DNA of 64,000 nucleotides, taken from positions 1 through 64,000 of IMG/VR virus record IMGVR_UViG_3300046691_000084; one strand, 5' to 3'. Shown piece after piece: positions 27,426 to 35,891 of this stretch; position 1 is the first letter of the stretch, and every line of letters begins with the position of its first letter. Under the pieces are notes generated by a model that had not been told where the DNA came from, made no database searches, and saw only the letters and a list, made by a program, of their open reading frames with translations. A program made the position numbers and the translations under genes. Source of the stretch: a virus (lineage: Duplodnaviria; Heunggongvirae; Uroviricota; Caudoviricetes).

Positions 27426-27447
27426 GGGTTAAGTCAACGGGCTCTTG
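27426..27447 (-). promoter_or_regulatory. motif A variant copy (plus: GGGTTAAGTCAACGGGCTCTTG), inside a 7-bp stem (AGAGCCC 27414-27420 / GGGCTCT 27439-27445)
   Basis: Differs from the consensus at 2-3 positions; upstream of the SSB-like gene. Confidence 0.4.
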
Positions 27448-27467
27448 TAAGCGGAAGTGCGTAGATC

Positions 27468-27896
27468 TTAGAACGGGATGTCATCATCGAACTCGTCGAA
27501 ATCCGGCGCTGGCGGTGTTGGCTCGCCTAGCACTAACGGATCTTCCCATGGCAGAACCGGAGCTACCGGTGTAAGGCTAGGGATTGACATCTTTGGAACC
27601 GGGATTGGTGCACATATGGGTGGTGGCTCCTCGACCATTTCAAATTGCTCACTAGCTGGCGCTTGATGTTCTGGCGCATGAATATCAGCTTGTGTGGTCT
27701 TTGAAACGATTTGTGACTTGAACATAACACGGACATCGAGGGGTGCTTGTTCAGCAGCCCATGTGGATTTGCCTGAGCTAATATCAACACGCTTCATATT
27801 CAGTAACGCATCCATCGCCTCGAAAGAAAATGGAATCGAGATATGATGGAGACTGTTAATGCTAAATACGATTACCTTCTCTTTTGAATCAAGCAA
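27468..27896 (-). CDS. hypothetical protein, 142 aa, with Pro-rich linker and acidic C-terminus ending in Phe (DFDEFDDDIPF)
   Basis: Acidic Phe-ending tails are the polymerase-interaction module in T7 gp2.5/gp4; here on a separate small protein. Confidence 0.45.
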   Translation of the reverse strand: MLDSKEKVIVFSINSLHHISIPFSFEAMDALLNMKRVDISSGKSTWAAEQAPLDVRVMFKSQIVSKTTQADIHAPEHQAPASEQFEMVEEPPPICAPIPVPKMSIPSLTPVAPVLPWEDPLVLGEPTPPAPDFDEFDDDIPF

Positions 27897-28080
27897 AGGC
27901 GGCCTCCCATTCTTCTTTTGTGGCGCCTGTCATCAAGAACTCACGCTCATCCGGAGTCAGATGTGGCATAGCATCTTGGATCAACATACCACTGCGCCAT
28001 TTATCAAGCTGCTCTTGTGTGATGTCGAGGTGCATGTTATGAGTCACGCCAGTCAACTGGCTTGTTTTATTGATCAGCAT
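27889..28080 (-). CDS. hypothetical small protein, 63 aa
   Basis: Fills the gap between neighbours with short overlaps. Confidence 0.35.
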   Translation of the reverse strand: MLINKTSQLTGVTHNMHLDITQEQLDKWRSGMLIQDAMPHLTPDEREFLMTGATKEEWEAAFA

Positions 28081-28534
28081 GTTCGGTCTCTTCCAAGGTT
28101 TCGTATTCTTTAAGAGTGACCATGAACAGCTGGTCAGACTCAGCTACTAGCTTTGGCACATACGCCATAAAGTTACCACCGTCTCCGCGATAGAGTACAA
28201 ATACACATGCACCAATATCATTACCGCCAAGAACAGTCTCATCGAACATCATCGCCATGGATGTGAAGTTGTACTGCGAGAATTGATCTCGCATACCTTG
28301 CACTTCAGCAGTCGACTCGATGAACACCAAAGGTCCGCCGAGAATGTGGTTCAAGACGGCCGGGTCTTTCATGTAGCCCGCTTCTTTCTCCAACATGTTC
28401 TCAGCACAATACTTCTCGGTGTAGTCAAGAGTATGACGATATATTTTCTGGAGAGCTGCTGCCTTAGTCGGGTTGTCCAGACCAGTCAAAGAGGCTTCGT
28501 GCAGAATCTGATACAGCGTCTTAAGTACAATCAT
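28067..28534 (-). CDS. hypothetical protein, 155 aa; paralog of 28531..29013
   Basis: Shared KDP...VLN..LGGP motif with the adjacent gene. Confidence 0.5.
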   Translation of the reverse strand: MIVLKTLYQILHEASLTGLDNPTKAAALQKIYRHTLDYTEKYCAENMLEKEAGYMKDPAVLNHILGGPLVFIESTAEVQGMRDQFSQYNFTSMAMMFDETVLGGNDIGACVFVLYRGDGGNFMAYVPKLVAESDQLFMVTLKEYETLEETEHADQ

Positions 28535-29013
28535 TCTGCAGCCTCGTTTTTATTCTTGATCGACTGGTTGAATGTAGCATCAACAGCAGCCTGAACTTCA
28601 CGCTGGGAGGTCTGAAGTGCTTCAATAGCATCCATCAAAGACATCGACGTAGCCATAACATGACCTGGAATGTAGTAACGAGTACCAGTCGGACCGCATA
28701 CATAGTGCAGATCGATCAGGTCATAGAAGAAGTACGCAGCAACGCAATACTCATCCTGTGCCAGATGAAGACCCATCAGAAGTGCCAGATCATCACCCTC
28801 TTCACAGACATGGATCGGACCGCCCAAAGTCTTATTCAAAACCTCGGCGGATGTCATTGCGAACAGAGGATCTTTGTGTGCAGCCAGGATGGTCGGTTTC
28901 CAGCCCTGATAAATGCAGTCTAAGGTTTGTTCGTCACGAAGGACATGAGGTCGTGCATTGCGAGCTTCTTGGATGCCGACGAATACTGCTTGGAGAGTAG
29001 TGAAAGTTTTCAT
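28531..29013 (-). CDS. hypothetical protein, 160 aa; paralog of 28067..28534
   Basis: HKDPLFAMTSAEVLNKTLGGPIHV aligns with MKDPAVLNHILGGPLVF. Confidence 0.5.
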   Translation of the reverse strand: MKTFTTLQAVFVGIQEARNARPHVLRDEQTLDCIYQGWKPTILAAHKDPLFAMTSAEVLNKTLGGPIHVCEEGDDLALLMGLHLAQDEYCVAAYFFYDLIDLHYVCGPTGTRYYIPGHVMATSMSLMDAIEALQTSQREVQAAVDATFNQSIKNKNEAAE

Positions 29014-29022
29014 TGTTGTTCC

Positions 29023-29376
29023 TTATTTAGTTGTGCAAAAGAATACAAAACCACCACCATCATTGACGGCGTAGTAATGCATTGCGAGATCGGAGGTGAT
29101 CTCTTCGCTGATTTCAAGGGAGCCGCCCTTGGTGATTTCTGGGATTTGTTCTTCATCACCAGACTCAGTCAGCAAGTACACGCCTAAGATACCAAGATTT
29201 TCTTCGAAGGTATTCAGGCTTGTTTCGTAATCAGCAGGCAGCTCTGTATAAGTGCCACTGATTTGTTGATGCAGCGTATCTGTGAGCCAATCCAGGATTG
29301 CACTCAGATGTGAAGAATCCACTGCAGTTTCAATAGCCTGCTCAATACTCTTGAATGTTTGCAATTGTAACATCAA
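29023..29376 (-). CDS. highly acidic small protein, 117 aa
   Basis: About 20% Asp+Glu with no Arg; second gene after the RNAP. Confidence 0.5.
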   Translation of the reverse strand: MMLQLQTFKSIEQAIETAVDSSHLSAILDWLTDTLHQQISGTYTELPADYETSLNTFEENLGILGVYLLTESGDEEQIPEITKGGSLEISEEITSDLAMHYYAVNDGGGFVFFCTTK

Positions 29377-29717
29377 GATCTTCCTTTCAATTCAAGGTAT
29401 GTTCGGACATTTGCTTGGATAGTTCCAGGCTTGATACTCAACAACTGTGGAACATCAAAGCGCATGGATGGTGGAAGTTTACCATCACGATGCCGGCGGT
29501 GATACCAGTAGGCATCCGCATGGTATGCATCAAGGTACTCAGCACCACCTCGGTCAGCTTGCATGTAGCGAACCTGGATAGCGATCCCGAGTAAAGTGTC
29601 ACTTGGTATACGGACACTATTGACACGTGCTAGTGTCTTACAAACGCCGGTAAATACTATGGCAAAACGGCCATGTGTATCTTTGACCATTCTTGCAATA
29701 TGTTCTTCTTTTGTCAT
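29373..29717 (-). CDS. hypothetical protein, 114 aa
   Basis: ATGA-coupled to the RNAP stop. Confidence 0.5.
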   Translation of the reverse strand: MTKEEHIARMVKDTHGRFAIVFTGVCKTLARVNSVRIPSDTLLGIAIQVRYMQADRGGAEYLDAYHADAYWYHRRHRDGKLPPSMRFDVPQLLSIKPGTIQANVRTYLELKGRS

Positions 29718-31990
29718 GAGAAGCCATACTCCGAATTTAGGAACTCACTGATATCCAGATTGCCGATCTGAACACGATTCATATCACCACCGATTTGTAC
29801 CATCAGTTTGGCAAGAGGATCGTGGCTATAAAGCTCAACGAAAGATTCACGTGTAATACGGTACAACTCAGGCATATCACCTAAGAGGCACCCGAACGAG
29901 TCATGAATAGTCGTGATAGAGAATGGACAGTTCCAGACGGTCAACATCAAGTGCGCGGCGTCAAGGCTGTGGATACAGTTTGGACTTGCACCAGAGGCCT
30001 GCTTACCCTTCGATGGGATAGACTTCTCAATGAAGCAAATCTGTAGCTGCAACGTGTTAGCATAATAGCCCGTCGATTGGCGCTCGCCAGCCGGTGGACC
30101 ATATTGCACCCATACTTTTTTGACTTCCCCTTCGGTATAGTGTTGCACCACAGGGAATCCTGTTGCGGGTACAATCCAACTGAGAAACTCACCTCTCGAT
30201 TCAGCCGCTGCGCCAGCATCTTCAAAGATGGAGAGAAGTTGCATAGGCCGCTTGAGATGACGGCGACACGTCTCATAGACCTCTCGTCCAAGATAAGCAC
30301 CCCATTTATGTTCCAGGAAGAGAAGCAATTCAATGCCATGCTTCTTCGAGTCATCGATAATCTGTTGACCTAAGCCATAAGATGTCCCTCCGTACGGCAG
30401 CGTCATCACGTTTCGCTTGACGATCTTACGCTTGTGTTTAGCATCTGTGACTTGGAGCCAATAGATTACACCAGCTTTAGCTAGTTGCTCTATGTTCTCA
30501 GTCTTGAATGCTCTAATCTGATCAGCCAAGGCCATGCGCTTCTCACTCCGAGGCTCTGATCTTTGGATCTGACGTTTTAGTTCAATTAGTTGGAGGATGA
30601 GTGATTCGCACAGTTCGATATCTTGTTGTGTGTAGTCAGATGCAATTTCAACAAGCCTATTCCAAACATGATCACCAACGAACTTATACAGATCACCAGG
30701 ATATTCCGAAGCCACAAGATTGACATGGGGTGCTGTTTCCTCATCTTTCGTAAGTGCTGCGAGGTGTTGTGATCCATTATTTGAACCATCGATATAAGCC
30801 TCAAAGGAAGACACATAACTGAAGTCCTCAAAGAATGCCCACGGCTCAAGTTCTAGTTCTCTTGCTTTAGCCATTTGCCAAAGACGCAGATTCCTTAACT
30901 CAAAGCATGCTGCAAGGAATTGCCAGGGTACATCTGCTTGCATCCAACCTTGGTTCTGCTTAGGCGACTCTGCGTAACCTATGAAAGTCTCTTCATGGTC
31001 TAGTGCCCAATCTGCACGGGCCTTGAGAGGGATTTTGTCAGTCTTGAGACCGTCGGTCCGTCCAGCATCACCCGCCCATCCACTCGCCAGAGATACGAGT
31101 AGCCAGAAGAAGCCACCCTCACCCATACCCTTGCCTTCAACACGGCGTATGAGGGCGCGCGAAAGATCTGAGCCTTGTTCATGGAGATACGCGGTATTCG
31201 GATATTTGCGGCCACGGAAGTCAAAGTAGTACCGATGGTAATACTGTTTGTGGAGAAAGCGTTTAGCAATACCTCCGATTGCTTTAGCTTCCCGAAGTTT
31301 AGTCGCCTTTGCTTCAGGATTTGATTGCTCCCAGATGTCCGCAAAGGCATCTGTTTTATTCTTAAGAGCCCATGCTTGGATGTCGTAAATTTCTTTGTTA
31401 ACACGCCATGCTACCTTCTGCGCTTCGTTTACACAATGGAAGACAATCGGGTGTTGCCCGATGTTCAATGCGTCTAAAACACTCTTGTCGTTAGTCTTGA
31501 CAAGCTTAGTGCCATCTGTATGGCGACCTTGGGTCCACTCTGGATAAGCAACTTCAGACGGCAACTTCTCGGCCTTAGTCTGAGGTACACTCTCCCACAG
31601 CTTTACAATTGCATCGTCATTCAGAACTCTTACGAGATATCCAGCATGGCCATTTGAGACAGGCCCTAGGATCACTTCAAGCAATTCAGCTTCTTCGAAG
31701 GTATATAAGATGAACCCTCCAGTTTTAGCTGCTAGTGCTGAATCTCGTTTCTGTTTCAACTTGTTACGAATCATATGACCGAGCGAGGAAATCAACTCAG
31801 GCATAGGCACTTCTACCGCTACACTCCGGCCTGTCTTAGTAGGCCTTGTGAAACCGTGGATGACTTCAATCACAGAGTCGATATAATCGGCTGCTGAGAT
31901 CGGCTTCAAGTACTTCAGAGGCGACTGCCCTGAGATCTCCAGGATCAAACGCTCTTCAAGGGATGTGACAAGCTTCTTCTTCAAGGACAT
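29714..31990 (-). CDS. T7-like single-subunit DNA-dependent RNA polymerase, compact (758 aa)
   Basis: DFRGR motif (RYYFDFRGRKY), motif A DGSNNGSQH, motif B KRNVMTLPYGG (K-x3-M-T-x2-YG), motif C IHDSFG. Confidence 0.85.
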   Translation of the reverse strand: MSLKKKLVTSLEERLILEISGQSPLKYLKPISAADYIDSVIEVIHGFTRPTKTGRSVAVEVPMPELISSLGHMIRNKLKQKRDSALAAKTGGFILYTFEEAELLEVILGPVSNGHAGYLVRVLNDDAIVKLWESVPQTKAEKLPSEVAYPEWTQGRHTDGTKLVKTNDKSVLDALNIGQHPIVFHCVNEAQKVAWRVNKEIYDIQAWALKNKTDAFADIWEQSNPEAKATKLREAKAIGGIAKRFLHKQYYHRYYFDFRGRKYPNTAYLHEQGSDLSRALIRRVEGKGMGEGGFFWLLVSLASGWAGDAGRTDGLKTDKIPLKARADWALDHEETFIGYAESPKQNQGWMQADVPWQFLAACFELRNLRLWQMAKARELELEPWAFFEDFSYVSSFEAYIDGSNNGSQHLAALTKDEETAPHVNLVASEYPGDLYKFVGDHVWNRLVEIASDYTQQDIELCESLILQLIELKRQIQRSEPRSEKRMALADQIRAFKTENIEQLAKAGVIYWLQVTDAKHKRKIVKRNVMTLPYGGTSYGLGQQIIDDSKKHGIELLLFLEHKWGAYLGREVYETCRRHLKRPMQLLSIFEDAGAAAESRGEFLSWIVPATGFPVVQHYTEGEVKKVWVQYGPPAGERQSTGYYANTLQLQICFIEKSIPSKGKQASGASPNCIHSLDAAHLMLTVWNCPFSITTIHDSFGCLLGDMPELYRITRESFVELYSHDPLAKLMVQIGGDMNRVQIGNLDISEFLNSEYGFS

Positions 31991-32237
31991 TATTTAACAA
32001 ACCTGACGGCAAGAATTGCTGAGCCAAAGATAAAGATTAATGGAAGACACTTAGCCATAACTCCTAAAATGATGAGGGAGAGACACGCTTGGCTAATTGA
32101 CATTCACATTACCTTTCTTCGTTATGTTTCCTTGTGTTTATGGTTGTGCTTTGAGGTTGAGCGACCGTCTCGACGAAAGGATAGATAGCGCTCAAGGCGT
32201 CTATAAGTGATGGTGAAAGTACTCCTTGTGTTGTTTG

Positions 32238-32270
32238 AAAAAAAAAAAAATAAGGGAGCTTGGCCCTTTT
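32238..32270 (-). terminator. possible terminator: short stem (AAGGG / CCCUU, 7-nt loop) followed by U13
   Basis: Plus strand shows A13 at 32238-32250 then TAAGGGAGCTTGGCCCTT; sits after the stop of 32294..32551 in the 303-nt non-coding region upstream of the RNAP. Confidence 0.35.
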
Positions 32271-32280
32271 AGAGCCGGCC

Positions 32281-32294
32281 AGGGCTGTGTGAAT
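32281..32294 (-). promoter_or_regulatory. motif C copy (GGCTGTGTGAA)
   Basis: See 2345 and 35896. Confidence 0.3.
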
Positions 32295-32551
32295 TACAAA
32301 GGGTTTAAAGCATCGTCAACTACCTGGCGGGCATCTAACTCTTGACGGATCCGGTTAGCACGCACCTTACGAGTCATGAAGCGAACAACAAAGAACGCGG
32401 GGATGAGCATAGCTATTGCTATCACCATGGACTTGGATATAAGAAAGGTTAATCCACCAATTACGAAGTAGTAGATAGTGACCTTAGGCAGCAAGACCCA
32501 GATAAGCATCTGTGCAGCAAGTGTACCGAGTACCGAGAGTAGGATAATCAT
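32294..32551 (-). CDS. small membrane protein, 85 aa
   Basis: Two TM helices and a basic C-terminus; first of a run of eight small membrane or secreted genes. Confidence 0.45.
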   Translation of the reverse strand: MIILLSVLGTLAAQMLIWVLLPKVTIYYFVIGGLTFLISKSMVIAIAMLIPAFFVVRFMTRKVRANRIRQELDARQVVDDALNPL

Positions 32552-32601
32552 TTGAGACTCCTTGGAGCCTTTTAATGCCTTGCTCAGGGCTATAAATGGA
32601 T

Positions 32602-33093
32602 TTATTTCTTGGTGTGAACTTGAGTTGATATAGTTTCTTCAAACTCTTGCAATGCTTCGTCTTTTGTAGTAACTTTTCTCGCGTCATAGACACGTTTAAT
32701 ACCTACGAGGCCCAACAGTGAGATGAATACAATAGCTGTGATCTGATAGCAGATATAGATAGATCCTAGGCTGACTACATAGAAGCCAAACCGAGGGGTA
32801 CCTGTAAATACAGTCACAACAACAGCCGCAAAGAACGTGATCACCGACACGTAGGCGATGGCGTTAATTTGCGATTGGAACGACGACTTCTTTACAGCTT
32901 CTACAGTTTTCATTGTTGTTTCCTCACATTGAGAGATAGCTTTCTTAGTGCCCTTCATGAGCCTTAATATGAAGCGGAGTAGCAGTAGCAGTACCACCAT
33001 ACCAGCAAGTAGCAAACTTGCGGATGTTATAGCCATCGATGCCAATACTAGCGCAACAACGTCCAACAGTGTAAACAACATAATGCGTATCAT
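32602..33093 (-). CDS. membrane protein, 163 aa (about 4 TM helices)
   Basis: Hydrophobic helices throughout. Confidence 0.45.
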   Translation of the reverse strand: MIRIMLFTLLDVVALVLASMAITSASLLLAGMVVLLLLLRFILRLMKGTKKAISQCEETTMKTVEAVKKSSFQSQINAIAYVSVITFFAAVVVTVFTGTPRFGFYVVSLGSIYICYQITAIVFISLLGLVGIKRVYDARKVTTKDEALQEFEETISTQVHTKK

Positions 33094-33350
33094 TTCTTAT
33101 TCCTTCTGATGATGTCTTCAAGCAATGTCAATCTGTCTTCAAATTCACGTATCTGAGCGCTCACATCGAACGTCATCCACATGACAAACAGCCCTAATGC
33201 AACCAATAGCCACGCTGGCGCATTTCCTGTGTTTCTTATGATCAGCAATAGGAGCGTGAAACCTATTGAGATCGTCAACGATTTAAATCGAAGTTTAGTC
33301 ATAGGTCTCATTTCTTTTTCCGCCGCTCTAGTTTCCTCACTACTGACCAT
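33090..33350 (-). CDS. small membrane protein, 86 aa
   Basis: Two TM helices; ATGA overlap. Confidence 0.45.
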   Translation of the reverse strand: MVSSEETRAAEKEMRPMTKLRFKSLTISIGFTLLLLIIRNTGNAPAWLLVALGLFVMWMTFDVSAQIREFEDRLTLLEDIIRRNKK

Positions 33351-33538
33351 ATACCAAGAACTGCGCCAATCAATATAGCCATGATAGGCATTGGGATTAA
33401 CATGCCTACTCGAATTATGAACAACGCCAGTTGGAGAAATGCTATAATCCCCAGCGTTGAACAGAATAGTTTAAACATCTGAACTCTCCAACGCTGGGTA
33501 CAACTAAGGTTTACCCTTGTGTTGCTTATTCCGGGCAC
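33308..33538 (-). CDS. small membrane protein, 76 aa
   Basis: Two TM helices and a basic C-terminus. Confidence 0.4.
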   Translation of the reverse strand: MPGISNTRVNLSCTQRWRVQMFKLFCSTLGIIAFLQLALFIIRVGMLIPMPIMAILIGAVLGIWSVVRKLERRKKK

Positions 33539-33833
33539 CCGCTCTACGTGGGTTTGCCGGCTGTATATCTACTACATTATCGCCCGTGCTCTTTGCCACT
33601 ACAGCTTCCAGCTTTTGAATTTGGTCGGCTTCTTCTTGAAGGCCAGCCTCTTTCGCGAACTCCCGAAGTACTTCTGTACTGGATGCAAACTTCACGTCGA
33701 TATCATCAAGACTTGCCCCCATCTTACCCCAGATCTTACCGCCGATAATGATCTGCATAGCAGACTTTACGATGAAGAGAACTAGCGCAATGATGCCCAA
33801 GAACATAATGATTCGAACTGCCATGTGAAACAC
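33504..33833 (-). CDS. small membrane protein, 109 aa
   Basis: N-terminal TM helices and a charged C-terminal helix. Confidence 0.45.
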   Translation of the reverse strand: MFHMAVRIIMFLGIIALVLFIVKSAMQIIIGGKIWGKMGASLDDIDVKFASSTEVLREFAKEAGLQEEADQIQKLEAVVAKSTGDNVVDIQPANPRRAGARNKQHKGKP

Positions 33834-33852
33834 CCCAAGTTTGAATAGCTTA

Positions 33853-34065
33853 TTATTTCTTCTTTATGACCAAAGAAGGTTTTTGGTATTGCGTCTGCCC
33901 ATACTTGTTTACTGTCTGTGCCTTATTATCCTTAATTTTGATGTAGCCTTTCTGGTACTGCGTTTGCCCGTATTTATTGACTTGATAAATACGAACCTCT
34001 TCACCCGCGTGTGCGAATTTCGAACCGACAACAAAACACATTATTGCAAAGAAAACCCATTTCAT
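33853..34065 (-). CDS. secreted/signal-peptide protein, 70 aa, with internal direct repeat (VNKYGQTQYQK twice)
   Basis: N-terminal signal-like helix ending ...AHAG; 11-aa repeat. Confidence 0.45.
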   Translation of the reverse strand: MKWVFFAIMCFVVGSKFAHAGEEVRIYQVNKYGQTQYQKGYIKIKDNKAQTVNKYGQTQYQKPSLVIKKK

Positions 34066-34076
34066 AGCGATACTCC

Positions 34077-34325
34077 TTATACTTCGTGATGGTCAGTCTT
34101 TTGAAACTCATATGCTTCACGCATACGTTTTGCATCTGTTGGGAAGTGCTTAGCGAGGTGTTTGTGTGCCTCGTAAAATGACTTATCCAACGCCTTGCGC
34201 TTTTCCCGGAGAGTGTAATCCCTGTAGAAATCTCTGACATATCCAACTATCAGTAACACTAGTGCTGTGATAACCATTAACGCTGCAAACATTGTCCTCT
34301 CCTTATTTCTTCTTAAACAGATCAA
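34077..34325 (-). CDS. small membrane protein, 82 aa
   Basis: Single N-terminal TM helix, basic cytoplasmic tail. Confidence 0.45.
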   Translation of the reverse strand: MICLRRNKERTMFAALMVITALVLLIVGYVRDFYRDYTLREKRKALDKSFYEAHKHLAKHFPTDAKRMREAYEFQKTDHHEV

Positions 34326-34535
34326 ACAACCACATAAAGAACAGTATATAAAGCAATTTCTTAATCATTTAAGCCCACCCATACCATCATTATTAAAAGA
34401 ATAGCAACCATTGTTGCCACCATTGCTACTGTGAAGCCAGGATTCATACGATACCACCATTGAGTGCCGCTAACAAACAATACAGGATAGCAAATCCTGC
34501 TAAAGTAGCAAGTATAAAAGCCACTATGATTTTCA

Positions 34536-34763
34536 TCATGTGTATACCAGTAAGTAGTACGAGGCTTTGAACACCATGCGCGCCATTAAGCAACCGACTA
34601 TCAGCGCAAGTGCCATTGCTAAGCCTAAGACCAACAGTAATGCTGGACCCTTACCTTCACGCACTGAGCTTACGAAAGCAAGTTTCATTACGCCATAGAT
34701 ATAGAAGCAAATGGTAAAACTAGCCACCATAAGTACGAGCCACATAACGAGCATTATATTCAT
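34536..34763 (-). CDS. small membrane protein (~76 aa from MNIMLV; the track ORF to 34811 overlaps motif B)
   Basis: Two TM helices; motif B about 33 nt upstream. Confidence 0.4.
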   Translation of the reverse strand: MNIMLVMWLVLMVASFTICFYIYGVMKLAFVSSVREGKGPALLLVLGLAMALALIVGCLMARMVFKASYYLLVYT

Positions 34764-34795
34764 AAAGCACCTTTTATGGTTATCCTTTCGGACTT

Positions 34796-34820
34796 TCATA
34801 TAAGATACCATATTTTCCGC
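34796..34820 (-). promoter_or_regulatory. motif B copy 3 (plus: TCATATAAGATACCATATTTTCCGC)
   Basis: Immediately downstream, on the coding strand, of the endolysin terminator. Confidence 0.4.
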
Positions 34821-34858
34821 AATTAAAAACCCTCTCTAAGGTCGATCAGAGAGGGCTT
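34821..34858 (-). terminator. rho-independent terminator after the endolysin gene
   Basis: Perfect 8-bp stem CCCTCTCT / AGAGAGGG (34830-34837 / 34848-34855), 10-nt loop, followed on the minus strand by TTTTTAATT. Confidence 0.6.
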
Positions 34859-34863
34859 CTTTG

Positions 34864-35196
34864 TCAAACAGTGCGCTGGAAGTGAGGCTTGTCTTTAAAA
34901 GTTTTCCAATGTCCACCCCATTGATTGAGTAGATTGAGAGACTCCCAATAAGTGCCAACTTCTTCTGGATAAACCAGGACACCATCTTTGGTGATGTTCA
35001 GGTCAGCAGCACACTTCTTCAGATGCATGCTATTCATAGTGGTAGAGCGACCGGTCTTTACATAGATCGCTTGCTGTTCATCAGTACGAAGGCATTCACC
35101 CATACGAACTTCATAGCCAAGCTCAAAGCATTTAGACAAGAGCTTGCAGAGATCGCGGGAAAAGGCTTCTTGGTGTTGACCGAGAGTAAGGGCCAT
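34864..35196 (-). CDS. endolysin, peptidase M15 (zinc D-Ala-D-Ala carboxypeptidase / L-Ala-D-Glu peptidase fold), 110 aa
   Basis: ECLRTDEQQAIY ... GRSTTMNSMHLKKCAADL: H/D/H zinc-ligand pattern and size typical of small M15 endolysins; shares a boundary nucleotide with the holin-like gene. Confidence 0.6.
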   Translation of the reverse strand: MALTLGQHQEAFSRDLCKLLSKCFELGYEVRMGECLRTDEQQAIYVKTGRSTTMNSMHLKKCAADLNITKDGVLVYPEEVGTYWESLNLLNQWGGHWKTFKDKPHFQRTV

Positions 35197-35735
35197 TATG
35201 GAGTACCTCTTTCATTGATAGCCTTGGAGATCGCATCACTCTTCGCTTTGGAGGAATGGCTGGAACCAAAGAAGAAATTGAGCACCTGGCACATGATCGT
35301 ACCTAAGAGAACACCCAAGATAGTATCAGCAAATCTGACGTTCTCAGGCGGAATGGTGCCGAAAGTGATTGCAGTGATATAACCCATCGCGAAGATAGTC
35401 CATACAATAGCAAACCAGTAGATGAAGTCTTTGGCAAACTTGCTATCACTCGCTAAGGCTACACCTTGCATCGTACGCGCAGATTGTACATCTTGGAGAT
35501 ACATAGCATCAATTTGTTGTAGCAGTTGATTATCTGCTTGCTTGATCTTAAGTAATTCTTCTTCGTGGTCCATCTGAAACTGTTGTAGCTTCACGAAGTC
35601 TTCTGAAGTAAGTTGAGGCTTATCGAGATCAATGCCTGTTTTATCACTCAGCCATTCTTTGCCTTTTGCAAGACCAGCGTTAGCTAAGAGGTCCATCCCT
35701 TGTTGAAGCAATGGAAGTATGAAAGCTGGTAACAT
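35196..35735 (-). CDS. holin-like membrane protein, 179 aa
   Basis: Two C-terminal TM helices, charged N-terminal coiled segment, immediately upstream of the endolysin. Confidence 0.45.
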   Translation of the reverse strand: MLPAFILPLLQQGMDLLANAGLAKGKEWLSDKTGIDLDKPQLTSEDFVKLQQFQMDHEEELLKIKQADNQLLQQIDAMYLQDVQSARTMQGVALASDSKFAKDFIYWFAIVWTIFAMGYITAITFGTIPPENVRFADTILGVLLGTIMCQVLNFFFGSSHSSKAKSDAISKAINERGTP

Positions 35736-35804
35736 AAGAAATCTCCAGGTTATTAGATCATCTCTGACCTCTTCCTACCCTCTTTATTATCCTTCTATAT
35801 TGTT

Positions 35805-35852
35805 ATAGGATACTAGTAACAACAATGGTACACTACCATTACATTATCCTAT
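35805..35852 (-). promoter_or_regulatory. nested inverted repeats (outer ATAGGATA/TATCCTAT, inner AATGGTA-cac-TACCATT) followed by a C-rich tract (G-rich on plus, 35856-35875)
   Basis: Seen directly in the sequence within the 313-nt non-coding region upstream of the lysis cassette. Confidence 0.35.
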
Positions 35853-35871
35853 ATAGGGGGGCGGCGGTAGG

Positions 35872-35891
35872 GGGTTAAGTTAACGGGCTTG
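35872..35891 (-). promoter_or_regulatory. motif A copy (exact) with motif C (35896-35909) adjacent
   Basis: Identical 20-mer; 137 nt upstream of the holin-like gene start. Confidence 0.45.

Noticed and set aside
29023-29376. Calling the acidic protein Ocr
   Set aside because: Only composition and size match. Gene order differs from T7 and no sequence similarity is visible; kept as hypothetical with a low-interest note
32238-32250. A13 homopolymer as a sequencing artefact or slippery coding tract
   Set aside because: It is intergenic (no ORF spans it) and directly follows a short GC stem on the coding strand, so a terminator U-tract is the simpler reading
32484-32693. 69-aa ORF bridging two membrane-protein genes
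   Set aside because: Overlaps both neighbours in a different frame; basic, low-complexity sequence; likely spurious
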